DNA of 64,000 nt. Origin: Takakia lepidozioides. Taxonomy: Eukaryota > Plantae > Bryophyta. Numbering within the stretch: position 1 is the stretch's first letter; each line of letters opens with the position of its first letter. Position numbers and translations under genes: made by a program. The stretch is from positions 52,452,001-52,516,000 of the forward strand of contig CM060733.1 of NCBI GenBank assembly GCA_030704615.1, given 5' to 3'. Shown in pieces: positions 37,216 to 51,365 of this stretch. The notes beneath the pieces are model-generated. The model was not told the origin of the DNA. It ran no database searches and saw only the letters and a program-made list of their open reading frames with translations.

Positions 37216-38182
37216 GCCATTCTCCGCCCTAGCTGTGCATATCGTAAGGTCCTCGATGACTGCCATTAGGATTTGTGTAGTGATACATGCATACAGGGCA
37301 TCGTGCATGGGTCTTATGATGAATTCCCATGCAACATGGTTCCTCTCAAGAAAAGCAGCCCACCGCCTATGCATGTTCGCCCGACGTGCAAGTGTCTGTG
37401 GACCATACCACTCGAAGGTTCGCGCAACGTATTCCAAGACACACGTCTCTCCAACCCCCATGCCTAATGCACATTGCCTTTCATTCATATAATCCCAAGG
37501 ATTAAATTCCTCCTCTCCTTCATGTTCAAGTTCCATGCAATAAGGGGTTCACTGTATGAATGACCGAGGATAAGAGTACGCATCACTATGAGGGACGCCC
37601 ACTGCCATAAGAACCCAAATGGCACACATGCACCCCAAGTAATCTGAAGCCCCATCATGAGGCAAGGTACTGCTTCTTCAGCCTCCATCTCTCATGGAGT
37701 CACCGACGGATGCATCGTTCGACATCTCAATGACGGTTTGTACATGTTGCCCTTTTACATGTATATGATGTGTGTCCTGGATCGTGCTGCAAGTTACATG
37801 TTGCGGGGAGTTGCGTATGCTCATTCTACAGAGGGGAAGCATTGGACTTCCATCGATTTCACATTTTCCAAGACTCAGAAGGGCCCAAGAAAACATGAAC
37901 CCTTACAAATAAGGTTGCCTCCACCAAGAACACTTCCTCGAAGTATACTACAATAGGAAGAAGAGTAAGGAAATGACATTCATGATGAGGAGGATAACGT
38001 CAACATGGTTCTGGAAATTTGAAACACATGAGCAGCAAGTACATAATCCACTCTTACATTTCCACATTACGTAACAAAGATGTTGTCACTGGCCTTGTCT
38101 ACTTCCCCCCTTCGTCGTTACACCAAATCCTCCCCATGAACATGATGTAATAGCAATGACGAAACATTATGGACACACTCCG

Positions 38183-38871
38183 TCAATCCACAACTGAAGA
38201 CATTCCACATCTGGTTTTTAGCAGGGCAGACAAACCTGGGTTCACCCTAAGGGCTGCGAGATTTTGAACTACGTCATTGACCACAGAAACCTCCACAATG
38301 TCGGTTTTGTCCATTAGGAAAGCCTCAGTTGCGGTCATGCCGAGCGACCAAGGAACACTGCCAGGGCCTTTGGAACGAATGTATTGCTTTTTGAATCGCA
38401 TCATGAATTTACCCTTCATGATGAGGCTGCTCCTTGTAGTTTGCAGACACTTCCTCAGATCCAACACTGGAATTTTGGCCAGCACCCCAGATGTATCAGC
38501 CTCCACCATCCAGAATATGTTGTCCTCACTCAGAATATTGACCTCCATCCAGACATGGTCCCCGGATTTGCGAGCCTTCATAGTCTTGTCCAGACAGTAA
38601 TCGTTGTCTTCTGCTGCCATGGCAATGACATCCCAAATGCCCACAGGGATGCCCATTGTGACATACTCGACCCCATATGTTTTCGGGGCATTCGGCTTGT
38701 ACATTAGGATGACGCCCTCAACCAAGATGTGCTTCTCCCAGCCCCAAAAACAATGTTACTAACAATAGTTTGTGTCCCTGTGGAAGAATGCGGTAGGGAT
38801 TCCGAAATGCCTCGTGCATCCTGTACACCCACCTTCAACTCTGAAGCGGTGGCGGCAGATGTGTACGCCAT
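38183..38871 (-). CDS. Orphan ~230-aa protein (one frameshift near 38745), in the MULE-associated block
   Basis: ATG at 38871 (MAYTSAATASELKVGV...) appears to join the 180-aa ORF 38725-38183 across a T/G homopolymer run; a splice-acceptor-like tract lies upstream. Confidence 0.5.
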
Positions 38872-41800
38872 CGCAAAGATAGAACGACGAAAACGACATC
38901 TGTAAAATGAAAATGAGGAGGATAACGTCTCAGACAACATAGAATGCAATGGGGAGGAGAACATCTCAGACAACAAAAAATGCAATGAACTGAAAGGACG
39001 GAGTCCCTCAATGGTGGGATCTGCAGACAAACAATGTTGTTTGCATGCTTATTTACATGAAGCAAACAAATGGGATTTCCCGCCAATATAACATGTCATA
39101 CATGTGAGGTTTCAAAACCCTGGCACTGAAAAACCTACTCCCGTACTTCAATAAATACATGACAGACTGGTTTATGCACTACATTACATATGAGAGCACT
39201 TTCGTATCATTCAGAAGACTACTTGGCCATATAGCAGACCACGGTGCTGTCCAAATACTTCCACCTATGTATATTTACTTGTGTAAGTTTATTTTATTTA
39301 TTTTCCATTCATACTTGCTTTTTCAAGGACTTAAAAACAAAAGTGGAAGTCATCATGTTTGGGAGTAAAGAGCAGCAGCAACATTTGGAAGGCTGGATAT
39401 GTGCTAAATCTCTCGCGTCTGTATGTGTTGGCATCAATCCCACCTGATATTGTGGTCATCATGCTATCCCTGTATGTGGCCAAAAAACAATTCTCCATAA
39501 TGTGGAGGGCAGCAGGCTGATCATACGTCATTGTGGTATGTAATAAACATGACAGTTGGTGAAACTTGCAATGACCTAATGTTCTAATTCGAGATGGGTG
39601 TGGACTGGCACCAGAATTAGAATCCTTGACCATCTGCTATACATGTGCACTGACCACAGAAGAAGTAGTGTGTAATACCATGTGCAATACATGAAAGGCA
39701 CGAGAGATAAGTCATTTCAATTTCAGTTCAAAGACACAGGGGACGAAGGTTGCATGGCTTCTCCATTTCCTTTGCTGCTGGAATCCACCCTTTCAGGTGT
39801 ACATGGTTTGTTGAGCCATGGAAAGACATAGGGTCATATGCATGTAAACAGACAATCCTTTGGGGCAAATTCGTGGCCAGGATTCATTAAGTATTTCAAC
39901 GTTCAAGTGAGAAGAAAATGATCATTTCAACATTAAGGTGCATGTATGAAACTGATGAGAAGCGTCAATTACATGTGCGCGTGATATGAAAACCCTCAAT
40001 GAAAAGTGGGTGCCACATGAATCATTCTCTATCGACAAAACAACCTGTACATCATTTCTGAGTTACATAATAGCTACAACACCTACACATTGGTGTGAGA
40101 ATGTGGTCTGACTTTAGAACTGCTAGAAAAAAACAGCCGCATGTTCAAACACTACACATCTGAACTTGGATCCACAACTATCATGTCTTGCATGGAGGCT
40201 AGGATGAGTGCCAGTAGGTCCTGCACCCAATCCACATCCAGGGAGATATGATAACCCCAATCTATTGGGGCCTCCCCATCAAACCGAGAGGTGCCGTACT
40301 TGAATGTCTTGAAAATGAGCTTGTCCACAAATCCCATAAGAACATGGCAAAGGAAAACACCTTACTGCTCCTCCTCGTCCATAGTATAGACGCACTCCAA
40401 AGCACCCAAGTCGACTGTCATGTAGCACATTGAGTCCACAATGTGGTACTTCCAGACTTTGTCCTGCCCCACTTCGGTTTCAATCTTCTGAAGAATGTGC
40501 AGTTGCATGTCGTGAGAAGGCATGGCAGAAATAGCAATGAGGGGAGTGGGGTCCATATCAACTAGGTTTGGATCCAGACAAGGAGAATGAATGATTTCAT
40601 GTTCTCACTGTATTCCAGTGGATGGGCGGAGGTTGGGACTCCATCAAGCTGATTGACGCTCTTACCTCCCCTATTTGGAGGATGCTTCAGCGAAGGCATA
40701 CACCAGATAGGCCATGGACTGTTGCTGGAGACATTTGTGTCACCCTTGAGGGTGACACAACATGTGATGTTTGCATCACATATGCACATGCCAAAGAATG
40801 GCTCGTCAGTTTTCCTACGTGTTGTACTTGACTGGGGGGGGGGCAACCATTTCCATCACTCTGTTTATTTCTTTCGTTGGGATGGGCGAGTTTGTGTATG
40901 GAAGGAGCGAATGGTTAGGCTGCAGGTGGATATTCCTTCATATGACTGGAACTTCAAGGAGGTGGACTAGCTAGAGGCAGCATGAAGGTGAAAGCATTGC
41001 AGGACTGGAGTTTGACGTGTTTTGCATTGGCCCCGGGTTTGAAGTAGCACATGTGCATGGCCCAGGGGTCTGATTTCGGATGTGCATGTGGATTGTCAAG
41101 TGTGAATAAAAATGCATGTTCAATTTCAGAAGATGAATTGAGGTGTGTAATATGCATGAAGTTTTGGTAAACATTGCCCGGCTGCATCTGCATTATCACA
41201 GTTTGTTTTGTCTTCAGTTTCAGTTTCAGTACTGTTAAACTCATGGGTGATACAATGTACCACCAACGTGAAAGTGAAAGGCAGTATGTATTTCCATGGT
41301 TTGGTTGTGAATATGCATATGGATGAAAACCGCATGTACATGTGAGACAGATGGAAAACGGTTGGTGACAGTGCCATTATGTAACGCATTTGTAACGCCT
41401 ACACTGTCAATGGCATGTCCCCGTCATTGTCTCGCCCAGGTTGTTGTCGCTCTGGCCGAGGGTTCATGTAACACAGGTTGTGCATCATTAGGAGGATATA
41501 AAGGGTTCTAGAATAGACAGCTCTTGCACTTCTCCATTTCATTGTCTTCACTTTTTCCTGCTTGCACACCCACTTGTGCCATACTGATTTCATTGAGGTC
41601 ATCCTTGCCATAGTTTTCCTGGGTTTTCTGCCCACATGAGGTCTTTATGTTGCAGGTGTTAGGGTCCTCTTGTACGTCTCATATTATCAGTTTGCACTCT
41701 TATTACTGCTTGTGAATTTAGGCTGAGTTTGTGTTGCAAGTTCAAGGGTTGTCATCTTTGCAGTTTCCCTCACACTTTGCACAGTTCAGCTTCCATTGTC

Positions 41801-43107
41801 CATGGATTCCACCCCAACATCCAAGCCACTCTACCTGCGGAGTCGTGTCCCCTGATAATAATGTCCCATGTTGTTGGTTGTGACCAGTCCACCAAAGCTT
41901 CGAGAACGGAAATGCGGGACCCCACAATGCCGCCAAGGTCACCCAACAACTCCTTCATTGTGTCTTCATCAACCTCAGCTTGCTCTTGTAGCCACGGAAT
42001 GGAGGAAGAACTGGTAAGGTCGACCATTGAAAAGGAAGAGGACTGCAAGGAGAGGGAAGTCAGAAGCACAATGTGATGGGCAGCTCAAAGGAGTAAGAAA
42101 TGAGAGGGCAATGGAAAGAGGCAACTGAGAAACGACCTAGAATCCAGGACTCCTTAGTGCCACTTATAGAGCTGCGATGTATGTTTCAATTGTATGTATG
42201 TATGTGTTACATGGTTCATGATATTGTGTCAGTTCGAGTCAGGTCATTCTAAATGTATTGCATGATAGGGAGCGGGAAAAAAGACATTCCAGCGGAGGGC
42301 CAAACATTTCCTTAGCAGGCTGACATGGTAGAAGAATGATCTTTGTGTACACATGTTGCTTATCCCACATTTTATGGTAATTACAGTGTGGTGAAAACAT
42401 GGTGTTGACTTCCAATTAGTGTTGATGTAAAAGTGTCATGTTCAAATATGACCACGTTGTGGATATATAGCAATTGTTGTTGTGCATGGGGTGCACGGAC
42501 CTGTGCATGATAAGGGAAAGGATCTTACTTGATGACTAAAGATGTCCATTAATTTGTTTCAGTTTATAGGGGAGTGCCAGTGCACGTTACAAACTGATCC
42601 TCAACTGACATGAAATCTGGTTGAATGTGAAACAAAGGCTTACTTTGTGACTGAAATTGTACATTATAATGTACGTTTATGATGGAGTGCCGGTGCATGT
42701 TTGAAAACAAACTCTGAACTGAGATGAAAGAGGTCCACATTATGTTGCTAACAAAGACGTTGAACATGTAAACCCTGCCGTCCAGAGCATAGTCCATAGC
42801 ATGTGGATTGAAGAGCGGGGAGTATAATCCCTTCAAAACAGCAGAGGCATCAGTCAATACAAATTGTGATTGTAGGGAGAGTACCTAACACATAATTTCA
42901 AATTTACGGAACTATATGAGAGCTCACATGCCAAGACAAGGCATATATGTGCGCACGTATCCAACAGTTTCCATCTCCCTTGCTGAGAGGTGGCATCATT
43001 GTCCCTGCACAGTGAAATGGTCGAATTCATGCTGTCAGTGGATCTGCATCAGGATTGTACTTTACAAACTGAGTTTCAGGAAGTGTAGGGCAGTACCTTC
43101 ATGCCTT

Positions 43108-45839
43108 TCACCCTGTGTATAGCCTCTTCCTCGTCCTACAATCTGCGGGTGCGGGCCTGCCATTGTGATTGTGCCCATGCCTCTCCAAAAAGTCTTTGAA
43201 GCGTACGAGGGACTTTCCCTTCCCATCATCAACAACAGTCATAACTGGCTCTTCACCAGGGTATTGAAGGCCCTCCTCCATCATGGCAGTCAAGTCCAGA
43301 ATCTTTCCCTTTGCAGCTCTCACGAGGGCAAGCATATGTTGCTAGAGGAAGTCATTCTTCTGTGTCAATTCAAGAATACTCTGCCATTCTGTAGAAATTG
43401 AGGCCATGAGGTTAATATGCAAGGGACTTCCATGAAGAGGGCTTTTTACAGACATAGAAAGGGATTTCAAATTTGGAGGAGTTAGACCACATGGAGGGGA
43501 GGGGGATTGTGAACCTATCACCAAATTCTGAAGGCCACCTTTTGATGTGCCCATGAGAGATCCACAGAACTTTGCAATGAGCCCATCTTTGAGATGAGGG
43601 TTCAACATCTTTAAAACCTTGACTTGGTGTGCATACATATTGCCTTTCGGGGCCCAAGGGCAATCACAGCAAGCCCACTTTGAGTCGGGATTGTGAACTA
43701 TGAACGTGTCACCCAAATGTCGATGACATTCAACTTTTGCGGGGCCTCCGGGTGTATCGGACAGACTCACGTTCTCATCAGGAATGTGTTTGGCAAGCAA
43801 TATGGAACTACAAATAAATCCCTCTTGCCGCTTGTTTCAAACAAATCCATAAGCCTTCGCATGAGACATGTACCAATAATGGGTAAGGACATCACCTGTC
43901 AATTCTGAGATGAACCAGTCAACCCGCCTACTAGTAAGGACACTTTTGGTACACTTCAGTTGCGCTTTAAGGTTCCCATGATAAGCATAAATGGTAGCAT
44001 TAGTATCTTGAGAGACATGGGGAATGTTCCGTGTTCCGGTGATCCACATTTTAGCTTTGGGAAGCCACTCGGTCTCCATGTAGTTGTAGAAATCAGTCTC
44101 AGAAGGATACTTCTCCCGCTATGAAATTATCTTGTATACTGCCCATGCCTCACCTGCATCCCCAGAGGTGTCTCGTCTGTCATACATGATTTGTGCAAGG
44201 TCCTGTAACACAGCCGCACGTACTGCTGCATCTTTGACCTTGCTGACTACATTTTTTTGCCAAGCTCGCCTCACATGCCACAAACACAGGAAAATTGCAC
44301 AATCCCCCCACACAGATCAAGTAGTAGAAAACACATTTACATGTAAGCAATGACCAAGCAATTGTTTTGTAAAGTTGCAGGTACCTGATGGCTGCAATTT
44401 CTGCATGTGCATCGTCGACAATAAACGCATTGGGGCGCCAGTCGACTTTCCTGGCTTTCATTTGGTCGTTCAGTGCCTCCATCCAAGGTTGCAGATCTTT
44501 GGTTTTGCACCTAGCCATGATAATGTACGCGACTGGAATTCCATTCAGCCACTCATCAAACACCATCATGGTGTACAATGGATACTGCAGCAGCAATCAT
44601 GTAAAACAGATGTTACAAATTCTGATTTGCATATGGAATGTACATGTTATGATGTAAAGTGCATTTGCAGGTCTTCTAATACACATTGCATTAGAATGAA
44701 GTTCACCTTTTTTTCATTTGTCCCGAAAGTTGCATCGCACACCACTATTCACGAATGTCCATGGTTCACCATCTGATTTTTCTGCCATTCAGTTTGTATG
44801 CCTAGCACAAATGGGAGGTCGAGTTTTCTATCATTGGAAGTCCATGCAGGGTGGTTCAATTCTTCCTGGTAGTAGAAAACACTATGTGGGTTGGCCTCCA
44901 CCCACATGTACGTGCATCATTTGAGTGTTTTTTGAATGTTTCTTCATCACATTTGTTGGCAATATTCCGGATGTCCCATGAAAGGAGGAAAGTATCACGG
45001 TTGACCTCCAATCCAACATCCATCATCTCCTTTACCCGCTGCGTGTGCTTCGCCATTATTTTGTTGATGCTTAGCCCTAACCGCAAGTTGTGTATTACCC
45101 ATGCTTTCATGTCTTCACTGACGTGGGGAGCTAATGCAGCACATCCAGTTTCATGTGCAGGCCCATGACATATCTCTCCAGCTCCATTGACGTGTCTCTT
45201 CTCGTAATATACCAACTCTGCAATTTCATGGTCAACATAGCATTGCTTCACTACAAACCGACATACACATCCCCTCTTTATGCCCTCCCCAGATTTTGTT
45301 TTTGTGGTCCTCATTTGTTTTGGTTTTTGCTCGTTGGCAGATCCCACAAGTCTTGGATTTCTCCCCTTCTTCTTGGGAGGTCGTGGTTTCCATTTCTTGG
45401 CTGCCATGGCGGAGGTTACCTCCAAGAGGGTAGTCGTCTTGTCCTCTGGCCCATATGAGCAGTGACACTACAAAAGAAACCATGGTACATTACTCATACT
45501 GCAATGGAGCGACTCCAAGACTCATACAGCAAGGGGCCCCCAATGATGACACGAAATAGTACTGTATTACATGGAGTTCACATAGTTTTACCTTGTTAGA
45601 CTTAAGGCACTATTCGTGCGTGGAGCGAGGAGTGATCCATGTGGACAACCTCTTTGGTGATGTTTGTGGAAAGTGCATGGACCATCGGGGCGGGATGATT
45701 CCCCAATTATGAAATCATTCACATGACTCCATGGAATGTAGGCCACTGAAGCGTTGTCTTTACCGGGAGGGATACCAAGCCATTGATAACACCATTGTAA
45801 GACATTGTGATTGAAAGCACATGCGTTCGGAGATTGCAC
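43108..45839 (-). pseudogene. Mutator-like (MULE) transposase with SWIM zinc finger; intron-containing, disrupted
   Basis: YIPWSHVNDFIIGE; KRGCVCRFVVK...HVN..GEICHG; DATFGTN; YPLYTMMVFDEWLNGIPVAYII; FIVDDAHAEIAAI; FLCLWHVRRAW; DTNATIYAYHGNLK; SWIM-like CCDCPWAPKGNMYAHQVK. Stops and frameshifts present. Confidence 0.88.
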
Positions 45840-46559
45840 TTGATTTCGAAGATTCGGAACAAGATGGGGGACAACTTGGGGGATAACTCTTCACTTCTGT
45901 CATGTACAAACATGTCGTTTCAGCAGCAGTCGGGTTCACACTACATGCACGAGTGTCAACGCTGCTACAATGGTGACCGGAGAATTTTGAGGACGATGAT
46001 GAGGAGGAGGAAGATGGAGACAGGTGGACAATTGCCTGTACGAAAGTAATCATCCGGTACATGACAGAAATCATCCGGTGCAATCGATTAAAATATTTAT
46101 TTAGAAGTTCAAATTTGAATTTTGAATCGATGTGTGACGATCCATGCATCTATGTGGAGGTGTCATATCTTGGTGATGATGGATGCTTGTGTTACATGAG
46201 TGATGTGCATCTCCGGGATGATGGCTGTGTGACATAGAACATGTTCAACATGCATTGTTGTGTGACATGATTCATGTATGACGGGTTTGAAGCGGCAACG
46301 GAGGCGGGCGGGCAGATGGGGAGCGACGCGGCGACCGTGACCAACGTAGGAACCGCCAGGGGGGTGGGGGGGCGGGGGGAGGGCCACGTAGGCAGCCCTG
46401 CTGATGGCGCATTAAAATCCAAGGCCTCTTCTATTACTTGCCCATCGCAATTCACTTGATCACCCCCCTAAAAATGCGCAATTCAATTAAACTGCTAAAA
46501 CTAGCTTGAAAACAACCCTAATTTGCAATTCAATTGGATTGTAATCTATAATTTTAAAT

Positions 46560-46882
46560 CTCATTTGGTCATATTGTCGAACACTCCCTTTGCATCCATG
46601 TTGCATCCACATTAATTGGCATACAAGTCCACCAGGGCAGTGTTCAGATTGACATCTGGTACAATATCCCAGCTTTGACAATGTCGCCATAGACCTCTTT
46701 GCTCTTTTTGAGGACTGCTAGGCTCACACAAACTTCGCAAATGCAAACGAATATGATGTGGCTGGGCTTCACCCCTTCCATCATCATTGCTCATAGGTCT
46801 TCAAAGTCGGGATCCCACAACCATGTTATGCATGTCCTGCAATCATGGCACTCCAAGACACCTGCACATGTCGAACACTCCT
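46560..46882 (-). pseudogene. PPR repeat fragment
   Basis: Minus strand reads SWSAMIAGHA*HGCG...TYEQ...EGVKPSHI...KEVYGDIVKAG...LNTALVDLYA...DAKGVFDNM, with frameshifts. Confidence 0.8.
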
Positions 46883-46942
46883 TGGCCCTGACCGGAGTCG
46901 CCATTTCAAATAAAGAAAAGGTTGGAAAAAAATTGTAGCTTA

Positions 46943-47396
46943 GAGCATCTCCTGCGGTGCAAGCCAAAATGCCCCGCCAAATGCATTGTGGCGGCCGGCT
47001 TGGTGGGGCCAATTTCCAAAATATCGGAAGAGTAGAAAAGAACCCCTACCGTGTAAGCCCAATGCCTCGCTATCTTGGCATTGCTGGCAAGTTTGGGGCC
47101 CACCCGCTCTGCTGGCCGGAGGTACTTTGGTCTATGGAGAGCTTGGGATGAAGACGCTGCCATGGCAACGTGCGCGCATTAATGTGGGTTGGAGAAACGT
47201 GTCGTCATAGTAGGGATACAAACTTCTGGCGGCCCTACATAAGCCCAAATCTAGCGGGGCAAATGCCAATTTGAGCGGCCTCGCCACAAAATATTTGGCG
47301 TTATTGCACTGTTGGGGTTTAGTCTGAGTCCCACCCTTTGCGGCAGAACCAAATTGGCGCCGGCCTGGAGCCTTTGCCGTGCTGCAGGAGATACTC
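46943..47396. mobile_element. Tourist-type (PIF/Harbinger) MITE
   Basis: TIRs GAGCATCTCCTGCGG / CTGCAGGAGATACTC; 3-bp TSD TTA (46940-46942, 47397-47399). Confidence 0.88.
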
Positions 47397-50269
47397 TTAG
47401 TCAAGCAGTATGATTCCAAGGTAAGATTCTCTCCAGTGCCCAGATGGAACGTCGATGCGGACGAGGAGGCCAGGCTTGAGCTTGGACGCGAGGAGAGATT
47501 TAGAGGGCAATAGAAATATTCTTGGACTGACCGAGGATGGGGAGCCGGAGTTATGTTCATGAATCCACTTCGGGGGAGGCTGATCTGGGGGGGGTGTTGT
47601 CACCCCTCTTCCGACCCATCGGCGAGTCAGTGGCCTGCATAGGTCTGATTACCCTAGAAATATTGTTAATCATTTTAACCCTATAAACGCTCAACAGACC
47701 CGAAACGGGGTCACATGGCCCACTTAAATGTAAATTGTGTTTTCAGATCTGAATCAAATTGTATAAAATTATTGCAATTGGGTTGCCCCTCTCGTGCACT
47801 ACTAGGATTGGGCATTGATTGCCATAATTTGGAGTTAAAGCAAAGTCGTGTCATTATGCAATCAAGGGGGTTAGGAATTGATGAAGGTAATTTTGTTTTT
47901 TTCATGTGAAGATTTCTTCACATGTGCCTGTGAGAGAGATATAATTAAGGGATCTGACTAGGTTTGACCAAGTGGCAGCACTTGATGTGTTGGCCAAATT
48001 GAATGGTTTTAAGTTAGCTTGTTGGATGAGGGATCGCAAGAGGATGAAGCATGCCGAATCTGGCCTCAGTTGGAGTTGATCCAATCATGCAAATCTTTAA
48101 AAAATTGCTAAAAAATGCTATGTGTTCTACAATGGGCCCCCCATAATGGGTCCCACATTGAACAATGCCGTTTTCTGGATCTAGGGCTGATTGCCCTGGA
48201 AACTGGCAGGTGGGTGTAGGAGGAAGATACGCACATGTGTGATCATTTTTTTATTTTTTATTTATTTTTGTAACACTTACATCATTTTTCACTGCAGGGG
48301 TTTTGTTTTATAAAAAAGGTCAAACCAGGGCCCTAAGCATTTAGGGGTTAATTGTTGAATCCAGAAACCTTGCAACATCTACCTCATCATCTTCCTCTTT
48401 GCATAAAGCATCATGTACTCTTGAGATCATTGTATGTCACTGTTGTAAGAATCACTTGACCTGATGTCGTAGTACTCTAGAGGGTAGAGCAATGAGTCCA
48501 GATTTGCTTAGTCCTTGTACTCTCTATGATGTGCCAATCAAGAATTATCCTTGAGATGGGCCAACCAGAATGATGCCAACAATGTTTACATAATCAATAG
48601 GGTCTCTCTGACATACGTGATGGTCAAACTACCTTTTCTATGTTAGTGAGTATGAATGAGCACTATTTTGGCACAAGTACCAAATTTCCAAATACAAGGA
48701 TGATGGCCTTGGCTGGTAATATACTTGGAGTGTGCCAATGAGATTGGCCTGATTCTGTTCACCCTTTGGCCGTGTAGCAGAGATTGTAGAAGAATGCCAT
48801 GCATGTGAGACTGGGATCAAGCTCAATAACATTCATCTCAAAATCACGTTGACATGAAAGTTGACAATTCATACATGACTGTCTGCCTATTGCTTGAGGT
48901 AATTTAAGAGCCTGAAAGACCACCAATCTTGTATTGTAAACTCCTCTCTTATACTCAAGATATATATCTCTCTAGAGCTAGTTGTTGTTCTATGCTTGTT
49001 GATAGCCCCACATTTTTCTTTTGTATCCAGCTTTCTTTCATACCATCAACAGTCCGTGGACGTCATAAAGTTTTTCTCAGCTCTCTCGCACACATAAGTA
49101 AGGGAAGGAGATATGAGTGCCCTCTCTCATTTCGTCTTCGTTAGTCCACATTAATATTGGCACTTCGAAAAATCTTAGTTTGATCAAAATCCATGTTCTA
49201 AAGAATCATGTCGCAAATCCGATTACACGCTCATTGTCATTTCATCGATTCAATTCATACTAACCTTGAAAGCGCAAAAAGAAAAAGAAAAAGATAGACC
49301 ACACAAATTAGGATTTTGGCCTCCAATCTGATTTTTCAATACATCGTTAACTCTGACGTCCATACGATGGGCTCCGGTGATGCAGGATAGCACACAACAA
49401 AGTGGTGGAAAGTGGCATTACACGCACACCTACGCAAATCCTCCGACTCCAAGATCACACCATCACAGTCAAACACCAACGCTTTCAATGCAGCTCAACA
49501 TTATCCAAGGAATCTCACAACACTTACAGCACTTTTACATCATGACTTTCCAGAAGACAAAGGCCCCAAATTTAGACTAGAAAACATTTCTGAACAACTT
49601 TGATTTCGACATGTTGTTCGAGAAAAATTCACAGTTTCTCGCAAGAAGGAATAGCGTAGAAGCAGTGATGGTGAAATCAGAGGCAAGCAGTTGGAGGGAG
49701 ACGGAGGGCAGCAAGCTAGGCCATTGCCATAGTTCTATTTATGTCTCCCCTGCACTCGCATGCTGCCACTACATTGTAGTTTTGCCTGTTTTTGCCACAA
49801 AATTCGCTCATAAAAATGCACAATAGTGGATGGCTAAACCACTCATCCATCTGGCTAATCCTACTCATCCCCCCTCAAGCTCGTCTTGGGCTCAAATCCA
49901 CAAGGATTACATTTCAGGAAACCATTTTATTATTGTATATTATAATTATAACATACCCTTTCATATTCTTTGGGGGTTCGTCCCCAAATCTACCTCTTCA
50001 AATCTATTGTTATTCGAAATTCTCGATTTCTTGTTTAGCTCATGGTAGGCATGGAGAATTTAATGAGCCTTGATACAAACTGTGACATCTCAATCCTAAT
50101 ACAAAATAAAAGCTGGAATAGATTGGGTGAGAGACGATCGGTTTGTGCGAGATAGCTAAAAGCTATGTAGCACGAGTCTTGACCTGGTCTCTCAAGTATA
50201 GACTTTGATGCTGTTACATAGCTGCTAGCTCAAAGGAAGCAACTCCTTTTGGTTTGCATATTGCACAAG

Positions 50270-51365
50270 ATGACTATAGAGTTGGCTGGATCTTTGATGA
50301 AGAAAGGACTGGGGATGGTCATAAGCGCCACAAAGAAATCTATGGCCGCTATATCCACTGGCATTAGCAAGGTGCGCAAGGGCTACGCCAGCAAACATGA
50401 AGCCGATATACTCAACGAGTTGAAGGCCAAGGGTTTACACCCGGGAGAACATCTCTTTGACGGTGAGTGACTATGCCTCTCGTTAGATCAAACATATGAT
50501 TAATTTGTATGTGTACATTGTACCTTGAATTGTGCTTGAATGCTGTAGCTTTCAAGTGGGTTTTGGGAATTCGTTATTTTCAAAACCCTTATTCTTGGCA
50601 TGTTGAAAGGCCAAGGTTTACCAATTATTCATGTATTAGTCGTCACAATAGTTAATGTCCATTGGCAGCTATGCGAAGACTCAAATATTTGTACTTGGCG
50701 GGTTACAAACATGAAATGGCCGCTGCCTCTCAACAAGCTGCCAGAAGACTGGTAAAATTTAGATTCCTCGCCTTCAATGCTTTAGATTACGGCACAAATA
50801 ATGAGAAGATTGCTATCAAACAACTTTTGAACTCATTAGTTGATTGAAAACTGTGGTTCACCATGCATTAATAATAGTTCGCATGCAAATGTTGAGGAAT
50901 GCAGACTGATGGAGATAAGAGCTCTATCCCTCTTGATGCAGTCTTGGTGTTGGGAGGTGCTATGAGCGATGAAGCTCTGAAATACGGGGATTTTCAAAAG
51001 GGAAAATTGCTTCAAGGAATGCAAGACTTCCTCAACAAATCCAGAATGGGAAAAGACCACTACGACCGTGACTCTTTGGTGCATGATATCTACTATGCTA
51101 CGCTAGTGTGTGCTGAGGAGTATGATGGAAATTGGCAACAACTAGAACAAGTGTGTAGACAAGTGGTTTCACGACTGACCACCATGGACATCTCTGATCC
51201 CAACAATGAGACACGGTATTTTTTATATACCTAGTGCACTATCCAAATAATGAACGAAATATTTTTCGCATTCTCGTTTATTTAATTAATAAGTTCATAG
51301 TGCCACAAGGTGAAGTGGCTCTTAATTATGTTGCCTCTCTCAGGTTGGGATTGAATCCCCTTTAA
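50270..51365 (+). CDS. Spliced protein of unknown function (~200 aa); exons 50270-50462, 50669-50751, 50905-51215, 51344-51365
   Basis: Three GT-AG introns with compatible phases (1, 0, 2) join the ORF-track pieces into one open frame: MTIELAG...HLFDAMRRLKY...ARRLTDGDKSS...NNETRLGLNPL*. The last exon is least certain. Confidence 0.65.
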
